Of a DNA stretch of 64,000 bases, positions 26,622 through 36,835 are shown in pieces; positions within the stretch are counted from its first letter, which is position 1, and the number at the start of each line of letters is the position of its first letter. Location of the stretch: NCBI GenBank assembly GCA_038744815.1, contig JBCDLY010000007.1, positions 69,620 to 133,619 of the forward strand, given 5' to 3'. The notes under the pieces were generated by a model, which saw only the letters and a list, made by a program, of their open reading frames with translations, was not told where the DNA came from and made no database searches. The DNA comes from Pseudomonadota bacterium. Lineage in GTDB: Bacteria; Pseudomonadota; Alphaproteobacteria; Rhodobacterales; Rhodobacteraceae. The translations under genes and the position numbers were made by a program.

Positions 26622-27307
26622 TGTCTGACAGCTACCTCTCCAAACGCGCGCAACTTGCCACGTATTTCGACCAAACTGCGTCGAAGACTTGGGAACGGCT
26701 GACGTCCGATGCGCCCGTGTCGCGCATTCGGGCGACTGTGCGCGCGGGTCGGGAGGAAATGGCGACTACGCTCTTGTCGATGTTGCCGAAGGATCTGTCA
26801 GGTCTGCGGGTTCTCGATGCAGGATGCGGCGCTGGGCCGCTTTCGATTGAGATGGCGAAACGCGGGGCCGACGTTGTCGGAATTGACATTTCAGCAAGCC
26901 TTGTTGACGTCGCTAGGCGGCGCACGCCAGAAAGTCTGAGTGGTCGGATCACCTATACAGTGGGCGATATGCTGTCACCTGGGATGGGCACGTTTGATGC
27001 GATCGTCGCGATGGACAGTCTTATTCATTACAAAGGCGAGGACATCGCAAAGTCCCTGGTCCGATTGGCGCAACTCACGTCTGGGCCTATCGTCTTCACT
27101 GTCGCGCCACGTACACTCCCGCTTACCTTGATGCATTGGGTCGGCAAGGCCTTTCCAAGATCGGACCGCTCTCCGGCCATTATTCCTGTAGTGCCCGGAC
27201 GGCTTTCACGGACGGCACAAAGGCATCTGTTGCATAGAATCGTTGTCCCCGGCCCTCGGATCGCGCGTGGATTTTACATCAGCCAGGCGATGGAGGTCCG
27301 CCCATGA
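26621..27307 (+). CDS. bchM: Mg-protoporphyrin IX methyltransferase
   Basis: The SAM motif VLDAGCGAGPLS is present. The protein is 228 aa and shares a TGATG overlap with bchL. The order is canonical. Confidence 0.92.
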
Positions 27308-28737
27308 GCGCGCGCCATCCCTTGACGCAGATGTCTAAGGCGATGCTGCCCTTTGCGGACGCGGCCTCTGCTGGTTTGCCGCTTGGTCAGTTGCTGCGCC
27401 TCTCACTGTTCCAAGTGTCGGTTGGGATGGCAACGGTGATGTTGGTGGGCACCTTGAACCGCGTCATGATCGTGGAGCTTGGCGTGCCCGCGTTTATGGT
27501 TGCATTGATGGTGGCCCTGCCCGTTTTGGTTGCACCTTTCCGGGCATTCTTAGGGTACCGGTCGGACACCTATAAATCGGCGATCGGCTGGAAACGTGTT
27601 CCTTACATTTGGTTTGGGTCGCTGTGGCAGTTTGGTGGCTTGGCGATCATGCCGTTTTCGCTTTTGGTCCTGTCTGGTGACAACATGGTGGGGCCAGATT
27701 GGGTCGGCATTCCCCTTGCGGCGATTGCCTTTGTTATGACGGGCCTTGGTCTTCATATGACCCAGACCGCCGGTCTCGCCCTGGCTGCGGATCGCGCGGA
27801 TGAAGAAAAACGACCGCGTGTGGTTGCCCTTTTATATGTAATGTTCCTTCTGGGCATGGGCCTCTCTGCCGTCATTATTGGCGCGCTCTTGCGGAACTTC
27901 ACTGCGCTACACCTTATTCAGGTGGTCCAAGGCGCAGCTGTCGTGACGCTTGTCCTCAATTTGATTGCTCTCTGGAAACAAGAGAAAATGGCCCCGATGA
28001 CCCGGGAAGAGCGGGCATTACCTCGCCCCGAGTTTCGTCAAGCCTGGGCGGATTTGGCTGCGCAAAGCGACGTCCGTCGTCTGATCATCGTGATTTGTTT
28101 GGGCACTGCTGCCTTCACAATGCAGGACGTGCTTCTCGAGCCGTATGGGGGTGAAATTCTCGGTCTCAGTGTCGCGGCAACGACGATGTTGACCGGCGTT
28201 TGGGCGCTTGGGGCCTTGTTTGGTTTCGGCTTCGCATCCCGGTGGCTCGCACGCGGTCTAGACACGTTCGCGATGGGGGCCCGCGGCTTGATGATCGGGA
28301 TCGCATCCTTCAGTGCTGTGGTGATTGCAGAACCGCTTGGTTCTTCCATCCTGTTTTTCGCGGGCGCCTTTGGGATCGGAATGGGATCTGGGCTGTTCGC
28401 TGTCTCCACCCTGACTGCGGCGATGCTGATGCCGGTGAAAGGCGCTGCCGGACGCGGCCTGGCCCTTGGTGCGTGGGGCGCGGCGCAGGCCACCGCCACA
28501 GGTGTCGCGATCGCACTTGGCGGCACCATCAAAGACGGTATCGGCGCCCTCGCTGAATCGGGTCTTCTAGGCGATGCGCTGAACCGCGCTGGCACGGGAT
28601 ACTCCGTCGTTTACCACATCGAGATAGGGTTGCTTTTTGCAACTCTGATCGCGGTTGGCCCCTTGGTCCGCCGCACCCCGCTGCAACCCGCAAACCGCAA
28701 CTTTAACAAGATCGGCATTGCCGATTTTCCAACTTAA
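27304..28737 (+). CDS. lhaA: LH1 assembly MFS protein LhaA (PucC family)
   Basis: A polytopic PucC-family protein between bchM and puhA. It shares an ATGA overlap with bchM. Confidence 0.88.
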   Translation: MSARHPLTQMSKAMLPFADAASAGLPLGQLLRLSLFQVSVGMATVMLVGTLNRVMIVELGVPAFMVALMVALPVLVAPFRAFLGYRSDTYKSAIGWKRVPYIWFGSLWQFGGLAIMPFSLLVLSGDNMVGPDWVGIPLAAIAFVMTGLGLHMTQTAGLALAADRADEEKRPRVVALLYVMFLLGMGLSAVIIGALLRNFTALHLIQVVQGAAVVTLVLNLIALWKQEKMAPMTREERALPRPEFRQAWADLAAQSDVRRLIIVICLGTAAFTMQDVLLEPYGGEILGLSVAATTMLTGVWALGALFGFGFASRWLARGLDTFAMGARGLMIGIASFSAVVIAEPLGSSILFFAGAFGIGMGSGLFAVSTLTAAMLMPVKGAAGRGLALGAWGAAQATATGVAIALGGTIKDGIGALAESGLLGDALNRAGTGYSVVYHIEIGLLFATLIAVGPLVRRTPLQPANRNFNKIGIADFPT

Positions 28738-28762
28738 CCGCTTGCAAAATAAGGAGGGCTCA

Positions 28763-29515
28763 ATGGAACCATTTTTTGCAAACTTTGATCTAGCATCGCT
28801 CGCGATTTGGAGCTTCTGGATCTTTTTCGCAGGTCTGATTGTATACCTGCAAACCGAAAACATGCGCGAAGGATACCCTTTGCAAAATGATGACGGTGAT
28901 CTTGCCTCGAACCAGGGACCATTCCCTGTGCCTGGACCAAAAACCTTTGAACGGGCCAATGGGCTTGACGACGTGACGGTCCCAACGCTTGCGCCGGAAA
29001 ACCGCAAACTCGCGATGGAGCGGACCGCAGCATCGGAAGGTTTTCCGTTTGAACCAACAGGGGATCCGATGATCGACGGCCTTGGGCCAGCATCTTGGGC
29101 GCCACGCGCAAACCGCCCCGAACTGGACGCGCATGGCAATCCAAAGATTGTGCCAATGTCAAAGGCGAAAGGTTTCCGTGTCTCTGCCGGACCTGATCCA
29201 CGGGGCATGCCGGTGATATCTGGTGATGGCCAAGCAGTGGGCGAAATCACAGATATCTGGATTGACGAAGGTGAACAACTTCCACGCTATTTGGAGTTTG
29301 CAATGGGAGAGGGTGATACACGCCTGGTCCCAAGCACGCTGATCAAGTTGAAGGGTGATCGTGCGATCATTCGGTCGCTCTACGCGGATCAGTTCGCGAA
29401 TATTCCAAAGCATAAATCTGCACGTCAGGTGACGTTGCTCGAAGAGGACAAGATCTCTGCCTACTACTGTGGCGGAAACCTCTATGCGGGCAATCGCCGG
29501 GATCCCATTCTTTAA
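28763..29515 (+). CDS. puhA: photosynthetic reaction centre H subunit
   Basis: MEPFFANFDLASLAIWSFWIFFAGLIVYLQTENMREGYPL is the canonical RC-H N-terminal TM region. AAGGAGG lies 5 nt upstream of the ATG at 28763. The track start at 28655 overlaps lhaA. Confidence 0.95.
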   Translation: MEPFFANFDLASLAIWSFWIFFAGLIVYLQTENMREGYPLQNDDGDLASNQGPFPVPGPKTFERANGLDDVTVPTLAPENRKLAMERTAASEGFPFEPTGDPMIDGLGPASWAPRANRPELDAHGNPKIVPMSKAKGFRVSAGPDPRGMPVISGDGQAVGEITDIWIDEGEQLPRYLEFAMGEGDTRLVPSTLIKLKGDRAIIRSLYADQFANIPKHKSARQVTLLEEDKISAYYCGGNLYAGNRRDPIL

Positions 29516-29526
29516 GGATCGATCCC

Positions 29527-30162
29527 ATGTCCCATGACGACTATCAGTTCGAGCCCTTACCCGGCCTTCCATCCCATTTGCCAGAGGGAGAAGAGATCCT
29601 TTGGCAGGGGCGGCCAAGTGTTTTCGGTTTCGCCCAGGATGTGTTGCGCATCCACTGGGTGGTCGGGTATTTTCTCTTCCTGATTGTCTGGCGGGCCATT
29701 TCAAATAGCGACCAGGGGATTGCGCCCGTGTTGCAAAACACGGTGCCCCTGGTTGTTCTCGGTCTCGCCGCTTGCGGCGTGATCCTTGTCATCGCGTGGA
29801 TCCTCGCGGCGACAACCGTCTACACGATTACGAACAAGCGGATCGTCATCCGCAAAGGTGCGGCGCTGAGTTTCGCGCTGAACCTTCCTTTTGCCCAGAT
29901 GGTCTCGGCCGATTTGTCGATGAAGAGATCTGGCCGGGGGACAATTGCGCTGACAATGTCGGAGCCGCTTGGCATGAGCTACCTCGTGTTATGGCCCCAT
30001 GTGCGGCCCTGGAAAATGGCCGAAGTGCGCCCGAGTTTGCGCTCGATCAAAGATGCGCGCGCAATTTCTGATATTCTTGCCGATGCAGCGGTGTCTTTCA
30101 CACGGGAAGTACCGGATGCAACGGTTGAACCGAGAGGCGCCCATGCCTTTCCTGCGGAATAG
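29527..30162 (+). CDS. puhB: RC assembly protein PuhB
   Basis: A 211-aa membrane protein directly after puhA, with an (E)ILWQGRP motif and a YTITNKRIVIR (bPH-like) segment typical of PuhB. Confidence 0.85.
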   Translation: MSHDDYQFEPLPGLPSHLPEGEEILWQGRPSVFGFAQDVLRIHWVVGYFLFLIVWRAISNSDQGIAPVLQNTVPLVVLGLAACGVILVIAWILAATTVYTITNKRIVIRKGAALSFALNLPFAQMVSADLSMKRSGRGTIALTMSEPLGMSYLVLWPHVRPWKMAEVRPSLRSIKDARAISDILADAAVSFTREVPDATVEPRGAHAFPAE

Positions 30163-30172
30163 GATTTGAGAG

Positions 30173-30634
30173 ATGTCTGACTTCGCTGAACGACTACCAC
30201 AGGATCGCGAATTGATCCCACGCGCATTGATCCGCGCGTGCGTATTTTTAATTTTCGCCACGATCGGCATTGTGGCCTTTGCCACCTTTTCTGATCGACC
30301 GAAGGCCGGGACCCCGGCAAAGGGTGTCATCGCGGCGGAACGCCTGATTTCGGTGGACATTTTGCCCCGTGGTGCTGCGAACATCTTCGATGGAACGGGT
30401 GTCTTGATCCATGAGTTCCCAGAGGGAGAAGCCGGATTTATGGACTCCGTCTTCCGTGCCGTGGCCTATGAACGCAAGAAAAGCGGCGTCGAAGAAGACG
30501 GTCCAGTTCGGATTGCGCGGCTTGAAGACGGGCGGCACATCTTGATCGATCCAAACTCAAACTGGCGGATGGAGCTTCGCGGATATGGCGCGAACAACAT
30601 GGAGCCCTTTGTCATTCTTTTGCAAGATTTGTGA
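30173..30634 (+). CDS. puhC: RC assembly protein PuhC
   Basis: A 153-aa protein with a single N-terminal TM segment. Its position after puhB is canonical. Confidence 0.8.
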   Translation: MSDFAERLPQDRELIPRALIRACVFLIFATIGIVAFATFSDRPKAGTPAKGVIAAERLISVDILPRGAANIFDGTGVLIHEFPEGEAGFMDSVFRAVAYERKKSGVEEDGPVRIARLEDGRHILIDPNSNWRMELRGYGANNMEPFVILLQDL

Positions 30635-30939
30635 GGCCGGAGATGGGTGTATTTACGAAAACAACCGAAACGGCCCCTTGCACAGTCGAGGTCAGCCACA
30701 AATTTGAAAGCCTGCATGCCCATGTGCGCTTTGACAATGGCGCAGTGGTATTCCCCGGCGACGAGGTCCTTGTCCACGGCGCACCCGTTATGGCGCCATA
30801 TGGTGAAGTCGTCATCGCAGAACGCACAGCAACGATCACGCGGGCGAGCGGGTTGGAACGTCTGTGGACGCGCCTGACAGGTGATTTTGAATTCTTGGAA
30901 CTCTGCGAATTTTCATTCTCTGAGGAGGTGCTGTCATGA
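30631..30939 (+). CDS. bciE: small conserved PGC protein directly upstream of acsF; candidate BciE-type cyclase subunit
   Basis: An ORF of about 100 aa coupled at both ends: the GTG at 30631 overlaps the puhC stop, and its TGA overlaps the acsF ATG as ATGA. In R. sphaeroides the small gene immediately upstream of acsF (rsp_6110, BciE) was reported as required for O2-dependent cyclase activity. This assignment rests on synteny only. The alternative start is the ATG at 30643. Confidence 0.55.
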   Translation: MRPEMGVFTKTTETAPCTVEVSHKFESLHAHVRFDNGAVVFPGDEVLVHGAPVMAPYGEVVIAERTATITRASGLERLWTRLTGDFEFLELCEFSFSEEVLS

Positions 30940-32024
30940 ATATGCAACCGAGCCCCGAACAAATGAAGGCGCCGAACTCTGCGGCGAATGAAACGACATC
31001 GATGGCGACTGAGACGACGTTGCTTTCACCACGGTTCTATACCACCGATTTCGATGAAATGGACAAGCTGGATGTCGCGCCCGTGCGGGACGAATGGGAC
31101 AAGCTGATCGCGCAGATGGAAGCGGACCCAAACAAAAACCATTTCAAGAAAAATGCCGATTGGGTGCCCCCAGAGTGGGATAAAATGTCACCTGAGTTGA
31201 AAGCCGAGATGATTGATTTCTTGGTCTCTTCGCTCACGGCGGAATTTTCCGGTTGCGTTTTGTATAAAGAAATGAAGCGGCGTGGGAACAATCCCGACAT
31301 CTGTCAGCTGTTCCAACTGATGGCGCGGGACGAAGCGCGCCACGCAGGATTTATCAATGATGCGCTGCGCGAAGCCGGGATTGGTGTGAACCTCGGCTTC
31401 CTGACAAAGGCAAAGAAGTACACATATTTCAAACCCAAGTTCATTTATTACGCGACATACCTGTCTGAGAAAATTGGCTACGCGCGCTACATCACGATCT
31501 ACCGGCATCTTCAGAAGAACCCGGACAACATCATCCATCCGATTTTCAAGTGGTTCGAGCAATGGTGCAATGACGAGTTTTCCCATGGCGAGGCGTTTGC
31601 GCTCTTGATGAAAGCGAACCCGCATTTGACCAGTGGTTGGAACAAGCTCTGGATCCGGTTCTTCCTCGTCGCGGTCTATTCCGTGATGTATGTGCGCGAC
31701 CACCAGCGCCCCTACTTCCATGACGCGCTCGGCATCGACATCGATTGGTACGATGCCGAAGTGTTGCGCAAAACGTCCGAGATTTCCGGCCAGATTTTCC
31801 CAATCAAGATTGATCTTGAAAACCCCCGATGGACGTCGAACTTGAAATCTCTGCTTGCCGCGATGACGGATATGCAAGTGGCAAAGGAAAGGGGTGGGAT
31901 CCCTGGTCTTTTGGGAAAAGCATGGGCGGGTGCCCGCGCGGGTCGCGCCTTTGTCGCGCTCTATCTCTTGCCGCCGAAGGCCCATGACGTGCCAGAGAGC
32001 CCTAGGTTGGAGCCCGCATACTGA
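30936..32024 (+). CDS. acsF: aerobic Mg-protoporphyrin IX monomethyl ester oxidative cyclase
   Basis: LLSPRFYTTDFDEMD, EFSGCVLYKE and ARDEARHAGF are di-iron carboxylate motifs typical of AcsF. The protein is 362 aa. Confidence 0.95.
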   Translation: MNMQPSPEQMKAPNSAANETTSMATETTLLSPRFYTTDFDEMDKLDVAPVRDEWDKLIAQMEADPNKNHFKKNADWVPPEWDKMSPELKAEMIDFLVSSLTAEFSGCVLYKEMKRRGNNPDICQLFQLMARDEARHAGFINDALREAGIGVNLGFLTKAKKYTYFKPKFIYYATYLSEKIGYARYITIYRHLQKNPDNIIHPIFKWFEQWCNDEFSHGEAFALLMKANPHLTSGWNKLWIRFFLVAVYSVMYVRDHQRPYFHDALGIDIDWYDAEVLRKTSEISGQIFPIKIDLENPRWTSNLKSLLAAMTDMQVAKERGGIPGLLGKAWAGARAGRAFVALYLLPPKAHDVPESPRLEPAY

Positions 32025-32026
32025 CG

Positions 32027-32818
32027 ATGACCACAATTTGGATCGCGATATTTGCTGCATGCTTCATCTGGTGGTTTTCCACCGGGGCGATCTTGTACGT
32101 GGTCCAAGTTGCCGATCGCGGCGGCGACTTTGCCCACTTGAACGTGACCATCGCGACGGCTCCGTTTTTGTTGATTGCAATCTACGGCAGCGTCTCAGCG
32201 AACCAAGTGTTGGACATCCTATCCGTGTACCTTGCTTTCATGAGCGCAATTATCATTTGGGGATGGTTTGAATTGGCGTTTTTATGCGGCGTGATCACCG
32301 GGCCCAAACCTGAACCGTGCCCACCAACCGCCACAGGGTTTGAACGCTTCCTGCGCGGTTGGGGCGCAGTTGCTTATTCAGAAATGTGCTTACTTTCCAT
32401 TGCGGTGCTCTTGATTTTCGTAACCCAAGATGCGCCGAACAAATTTGGAATGTGGACCTTCATGATCCTGCTATTGGCCCGCGTCAGCGCAAAGCTGAAC
32501 CTTTATATGGGGGTTCCCCATATCAACACAGAGTTCTTGCCGAGACCTGTGCGGCATCTGGCGTCGCATTTCAAAACGGCGAAAATGAACTGGCTGTTCC
32601 CCGTATCCATTACCGCGCTTGCCGGGACCTTGGCGCTTTGGGTTGAGCGTGTGCCAAATGCAGCGACCGAGGCCGCACAGGTTGGTTACACCCTTCTTGC
32701 GACGTTGACAGCGCTCGCACTTTTTGAGCATTGGATGATGGTCCTTCGGGTGCCTGATGCAAAGCTCTGGCAGTGGATGCTGCCAAATAACAAGGCCACA
32801 GGCCATCAGAATGACTAG
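32027..32818 (+). CDS. puhE: RC-LH1 assembly membrane protein PuhE
   Basis: A 263-aa polytopic membrane protein directly after acsF. The synteny is canonical. Confidence 0.8.
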   Translation: MTTIWIAIFAACFIWWFSTGAILYVVQVADRGGDFAHLNVTIATAPFLLIAIYGSVSANQVLDILSVYLAFMSAIIIWGWFELAFLCGVITGPKPEPCPPTATGFERFLRGWGAVAYSEMCLLSIAVLLIFVTQDAPNKFGMWTFMILLLARVSAKLNLYMGVPHINTEFLPRPVRHLASHFKTAKMNWLFPVSITALAGTLALWVERVPNAATEAAQVGYTLLATLTALALFEHWMMVLRVPDAKLWQWMLPNNKATGHQND

Positions 32819-32831
32819 GTTGGAGAGAAAT

Positions 32832-34046
32832 ATGAATTTCGACGCGATGTTCGAAGAACAGTTGGGCGCCCTCAAGGCCGAGGGGAACTATCGCTACTTT
32901 GCAGACTTGCGACGCAAATGTGGTGCGTTTCCGAAGGCGATTAACCATTTCGAAGATGGTACGCGCGAAGTCACCGTATGGTGTTCGAACGATTATCTTG
33001 GCATGGGCCAAAGCGAGACGGTGATCCGGGCGATGCAAGACACGCTTGCCGAATGTGGCGCGGGCGCGGGTGGCACGCGCAACATCTCTGGTACCAACCA
33101 TCACCATCTTATTCTTGAACAAGAACTCGCGGATTTGCACGGAAAAGAGGCGGCACTTCTCTTCACCTCGGGCTATGTGTCAAACTGGGCGGCTCTCTCT
33201 ACGCTTGGCGCACGCCTGCCAGGTGCAGTTATCCTATCGGATGCGGGCAACCATGCGTCTATGATTGAAGGGATCCGGCATTCCAAAGCGGACAAACGGA
33301 TTTGGCGGCACAATGATGTGGCCCATTTGGAAGAGCTGTTGGCGGAGTTGCCGTCGGATGTTCCAAAGATTGTCGCGTTCGAATCCGTATATTCCATGGA
33401 CGGAGACATCGCGCCGATTGCGGATATTCTGGATGTTGCCGAAAAATATGGTGCCATGACGTATCTGGACGAGGTTCATGCGGTCGGCCTTTACGGCCCG
33501 CGAGGCGGTGGCATCTCGGAACAGGAGGGTCTCGCACATCGTATCACCTTGATCGAAGGGACGCTTGGGAAGGCCTTCGGAGTTGTGGGTGGTTACATCA
33601 CCGGGTCGGCCGCGCTTTGTGATTTTATCAGATCTTTCGCGTCTGGTTTCATCTTTACAACAGCGCTTCCGCCGGCCGTTGCCGCGGGGGCATACACATC
33701 TATTCGTCACCTCAAGCAGTCTGACCTAGAACGCGCAAAACAAAAGAAAGTTGTTGCCAAAGTGCGTTCGAAATTAGATGCGGCGGGTATCCCCCATATG
33801 ACCAATCCAAGCCATATCATTCCGGTCATGATCAAAGACCCGGTGAAGACCCGTATGGTCTCTAATTACCTCATGGATATGTACGGCGTCTATGTGCAAC
33901 CGATCAATTATCCGACGGTGCCCAAGGGAACAGAACGCTTGCGGATTACGCCCAGCCCGCTTCATTCCGACGAAGATGTCGAACATCTCGTGAGTGCGCT
34001 ATCAGAACTTTGGAACCAGTGTGCGGTATCACGCGCAGTTGCCTAA
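32832..34046 (+). CDS. hemA: 5-aminolevulinate synthase
   Basis: [31 protein letters not shown] and SMDGDIAP point to the PLP alpha-oxoamine synthase family. GGAGAGAAAT lies upstream of the ATG at 32832. Confidence 0.95.
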   Translation: MNFDAMFEEQLGALKAEGNYRYFADLRRKCGAFPKAINHFEDGTREVTVWCSNDYLGMGQSETVIRAMQDTLAECGAGAGGTRNISGTNHHHLILEQELADLHGKEAALLFTSGYVSNWAALSTLGARLPGAVILSDAGNHASMIEGIRHSKADKRIWRHNDVAHLEELLAELPSDVPKIVAFESVYSMDGDIAPIADILDVAEKYGAMTYLDEVHAVGLYGPRGGGISEQEGLAHRITLIEGTLGKAFGVVGGYITGSAALCDFIRSFASGFIFTTALPPAVAAGAYTSIRHLKQSDLERAKQKKVVAKVRSKLDAAGIPHMTNPSHIIPVMIKDPVKTRMVSNYLMDMYGVYVQPINYPTVPKGTERLRITPSPLHSDEDVEHLVSALSELWNQCAVSRAVA

Positions 34047-34173
34047 TTTCGCCGACGAAAGGCGCTCACATTTTGGGTCCTTGACCAACCAAATCCGGGA
34101 GATAATTGCCATCATGGAAAATTGTTTCGGCCAGCGGAGGCCGGGTCCAGACAAAAAACGGAGGAAACACCGC

Positions 34174-34695
34174 ATGTCAGTTAAAATCACGCGCCGTCAC
34201 GCGACACTAATGATGGGCACTGCAGCCATCGCTGCACCACTCATGTCCACAACTGCGGTTGCGATGGATGAGCCAAAGACAATCGAAGTTCTGATGCTCA
34301 ATCAACACCCAGATGATCCAAAACTCCGTCAGGTCTTCGTACCACGTGTGATCTCTGCAAATCCGGGTGACACGATTAAGTTCGTTGCAGCAGACAAAAG
34401 CCACAACGCCGCGACGTCCCGTGGGATGATCCCAGAAGGTGCGGCGGGCTTCAAAGGCAAAATCAACCAAGATGTTGAATATGTCGCTGAGGGTCCGGGC
34501 ATCTATGGCGTGGAATGCACACCGCATAAAACAACTGGCATGGTGGCCTTGGTCGTCGTCGAAGGCGAAGGCAAGCTTGCGAACTTGGAAGAAGCCAAAG
34601 GGGTTCGCCATCCTGGTAAAGCACGCCAAGCCTGGGAAGAGATTTGGGCGGAAGCGGAAGAAATGGGGCTGTTGTCCGAGTCGACCGAGTCCTAA
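34174..34695 (+). CDS. pseudoazurin (type-1 blue copper protein) with Tat-type signal peptide
   Basis: MSVKITRRHATLMMGTAAIAAPLMSTTAVA is a signal with a twin arginine and an AxA cleavage site. Cu ligands are the His in KSHNA plus C-x2-H-x4-M in ECTPHKTTGM. A helical C-terminal tail fits pseudoazurin. GGAGGA lies upstream of the ATG at 34174. Confidence 0.85.
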   Translation: MSVKITRRHATLMMGTAAIAAPLMSTTAVAMDEPKTIEVLMLNQHPDDPKLRQVFVPRVISANPGDTIKFVAADKSHNAATSRGMIPEGAAGFKGKINQDVEYVAEGPGIYGVECTPHKTTGMVALVVVEGEGKLANLEEAKGVRHPGKARQAWEEIWAEAEEMGLLSESTES

Positions 34696-34721
34696 GATAA
34701 TTTTCAATTCGCGATTTATAA

Positions 34722-34750
34722 AGCCGGGCCTTCGCGCCTGGCTTTTTGTG
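34722..34750 (+). terminator. Rho-independent terminator after the pseudoazurin gene
   Basis: AGCCGGGC(cttcgc)GCCTGGCT forms a stem with one G-U pair and is followed by TTTTTGTG. Confidence 0.75.
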
Positions 34751-34812
34751 TTCTGGTCAATCCTATTTTTGACGTGATAGTGTAAACTTAGAGAGACACC
34801 TAGGATTTTACC

Positions 34813-35700
34813 ATGTCTGATACAGATCGTAAGGCCCGTGCTTCGGCCTGGTTTCGCAGCTTGCGTGATGACATTTGCAACGCATTCGAAATGCTCGAAG
34901 ATGAACAAGCCTCCGGCCCGTTTGCAGCCCTTCCGCCAGGCCGTTTTGAGTTGCGCGAGACGAAACGGGCCTCTGCCGATGGATCGGACGCAGGAGGCGG
35001 ACTAATGTCGGTGATGCGCGGCGGTCGTGTCTTTGAAAAGGTGGGCGTCAATGTTTCCACAGTTCACGGAACTCTGTCTCCTCAAGCTGTGAAGATGATG
35101 ACGGCACGAAAAGAGATACCGGGCCTCGAAGACAATCCGTCCTTTTGGGCTTCGGGCATTTCGCTGGTCGCGCATATGAACTCCCCGAAAACACCAGCTG
35201 TTCATATGAATACCCGGATGTTTTGGACCGAAGGGGCGAGCTGGTTCGGCGGAGGATCAGATTTAAACCCCATGCGGGAGGTCGCGGAGGACACTGAATT
35301 TTTCCATGCGGCGTTGCAAAGAGCCTGCGAGAAACACGATCCGGCGTATTACCCTAAGTTCAAAGCCTGGGCGGATGAGTATTTCATGATCAAGCATTGG
35401 GGCGAAGCGCGGGGCGTCGGTGGTATTTTCTATGACGATCTCAATAGTGGGGACTGGGAGGCAGATTTTGCCTTCACACAAGATATTGGTCGTGCCTTTT
35501 TGGACGCGTTTTTACCGATTACGCGCAAGCGCCGGGACGAAGATTGGACAGACGATGATCGCGAGAACCAACTTATCAAACGCGGTCGCTATGCAGAATT
35601 CAATTTGGTCTACGACCGGGGCACGCATTTTGGGCTGCAAACGGGACATGATCCGAGTGCCGTTTTGATGAGTTTGCCGCCCGTGGCGAAGTGGCCGTAA
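34813..35700 (+). CDS. hemF: oxygen-dependent coproporphyrinogen III oxidase
   Basis: A 295-aa protein with GGGSDLNP, RGVGGIFYDD and RGRYAEFNLVYDRGT motifs typical of HemF. Confidence 0.93.
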   Translation: MSDTDRKARASAWFRSLRDDICNAFEMLEDEQASGPFAALPPGRFELRETKRASADGSDAGGGLMSVMRGGRVFEKVGVNVSTVHGTLSPQAVKMMTARKEIPGLEDNPSFWASGISLVAHMNSPKTPAVHMNTRMFWTEGASWFGGGSDLNPMREVAEDTEFFHAALQRACEKHDPAYYPKFKAWADEYFMIKHWGEARGVGGIFYDDLNSGDWEADFAFTQDIGRAFLDAFLPITRKRRDEDWTDDDRENQLIKRGRYAEFNLVYDRGTHFGLQTGHDPSAVLMSLPPVAKWP

Positions 35701-35702
35701 GA

Positions 35703-36740
35703 TTATGCAGTGACCGGATGGCGGATGGCATCCAGCATGATCGACACATTATCGGGGTTCGCGTCTGGCGTGATGCCGTGGCCCAAGTTAAAAATATGCG
35801 GACCATGCTTGAACGTATCGACAACGCGGCGCGTTTCATCAATCAACTTTTGACCGCCGCTGACCAACAAACTTTGGTCAAGGTTCCCTTGGACACATGT
35901 CTTCGGCTGGAGGTGTTCGGCCGCCCAAGCCGATGACAATTCGGTATCGATCGCCACAGCATCGGTTTGAACCGCACTCACGTAGTCCGCGTAGCGCTCG
36001 CCTCCACCACGTGGAAAACCGATAATCGGCGTATCGGGGTATTTGTCCTGCAAAGCCGATACGATCCGTCGGTGCGGTGCGATGCAAAAATCATCAAAAT
36101 TTTCTCCCGTTAGACTCCCGGCCCAACTGTCAAAAATCTTCACGACCTCGGCCCCCGCTTCGATCTGGCGCGAGAGATAGGTGATTGTTGCGTCCGTCAA
36201 TACTGCGATCAGCTTTTCAAATACGGCGCGGTTCTCTGCAATCAGACGATGTGCAGGCCCCTGGTCGGGTGTCCCACGCCCTGCGATCATATACGTCGCC
36301 ACGGTCCACGGTGCGCCCGCAAACCCGATGAGAGTGGTTTCGCTGGGAAGCGCGGATGACAGGTTTGCAACGGTTTGGTATATCGGCGCCAGAGTTTCGT
36401 GAATGTCGTCTGGTCCGCTGAGTTTGTCAAAATCCGATTGCGAGGTGATCGTCGAAAGCCGCGGTCCTTCGCCTGTGACAAACCAAAGGTCAGCGCCGAG
36501 AGCCTGAGGGACCAGAAGAATATCTGCAAACAAGATCGCCGCATCGAAACCGTAGCGCCGAATAGGTTGCAGCGTCACTTCCGTTGCCAAATCGGAGTTA
36601 TAGCAGAGCGACAAGAAATCGCCGGCTTCAGCCCGCGTTGCGCGATACTCTGGCAAATACCGCCCAGCTTGGCGCATCATCCAAACGGGCGGTGTGGGCA
36701 ACGTCTCTCCCGACAACGCCCGCAAAATCGTTTTTGTCAC
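35703..36740 (-). CDS. hemE: uroporphyrinogen decarboxylase
   Basis: (V)[32 protein letters not shown] is the canonical HemE N-terminus. I prefer the GTG at 36740, with GAGGAG upstream, over the TTG at 36800. Confidence 0.93.
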   Translation of the reverse strand: MTKTILRALSGETLPTPPVWMMRQAGRYLPEYRATRAEAGDFLSLCYNSDLATEVTLQPIRRYGFDAAILFADILLVPQALGADLWFVTGEGPRLSTITSQSDFDKLSGPDDIHETLAPIYQTVANLSSALPSETTLIGFAGAPWTVATYMIAGRGTPDQGPAHRLIAENRAVFEKLIAVLTDATITYLSRQIEAGAEVVKIFDSWAGSLTGENFDDFCIAPHRRIVSALQDKYPDTPIIGFPRGGGERYADYVSAVQTDAVAIDTELSSAWAAEHLQPKTCVQGNLDQSLLVSGGQKLIDETRRVVDTFKHGPHIFNLGHGITPDANPDNVSIMLDAIRHPVTA

Positions 36741-36758
36741 GAAACTTGACTCCTCTAC

Positions 36759-36776
36759 TGTCAAGCAGTCTATACA
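36759..36776. promoter_or_regulatory. PpsR/CrtJ-type operator in the hemE/hemC divergent region
   Basis: TGTCAAGCAGTCTATACA has exact N12 spacing. It lies 19 nt upstream of the preferred hemE start and 60 nt upstream of hemC. Confidence 0.5.
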
Positions 36777-36835
36777 GTTTTGATCGGGCTTAAACCGCAA
36801 AATACGGTCAGGTTTCGAAGGGCAGAAGGGGCTCT

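Noticed and set aside
36741-36800. A TTG start at 36800 for hemE (the ORF-track call), and the CTTGAC-N9-GTCAAG inverted repeat at 36745-36765 as a distinct regulator site.
   Set aside because: The canonical HemE N-terminus begins at the GTG at 36740, which has GAGGAG upstream. The inverted repeat overlaps that RBS and the PpsR-type site, and it matches no consensus I know.
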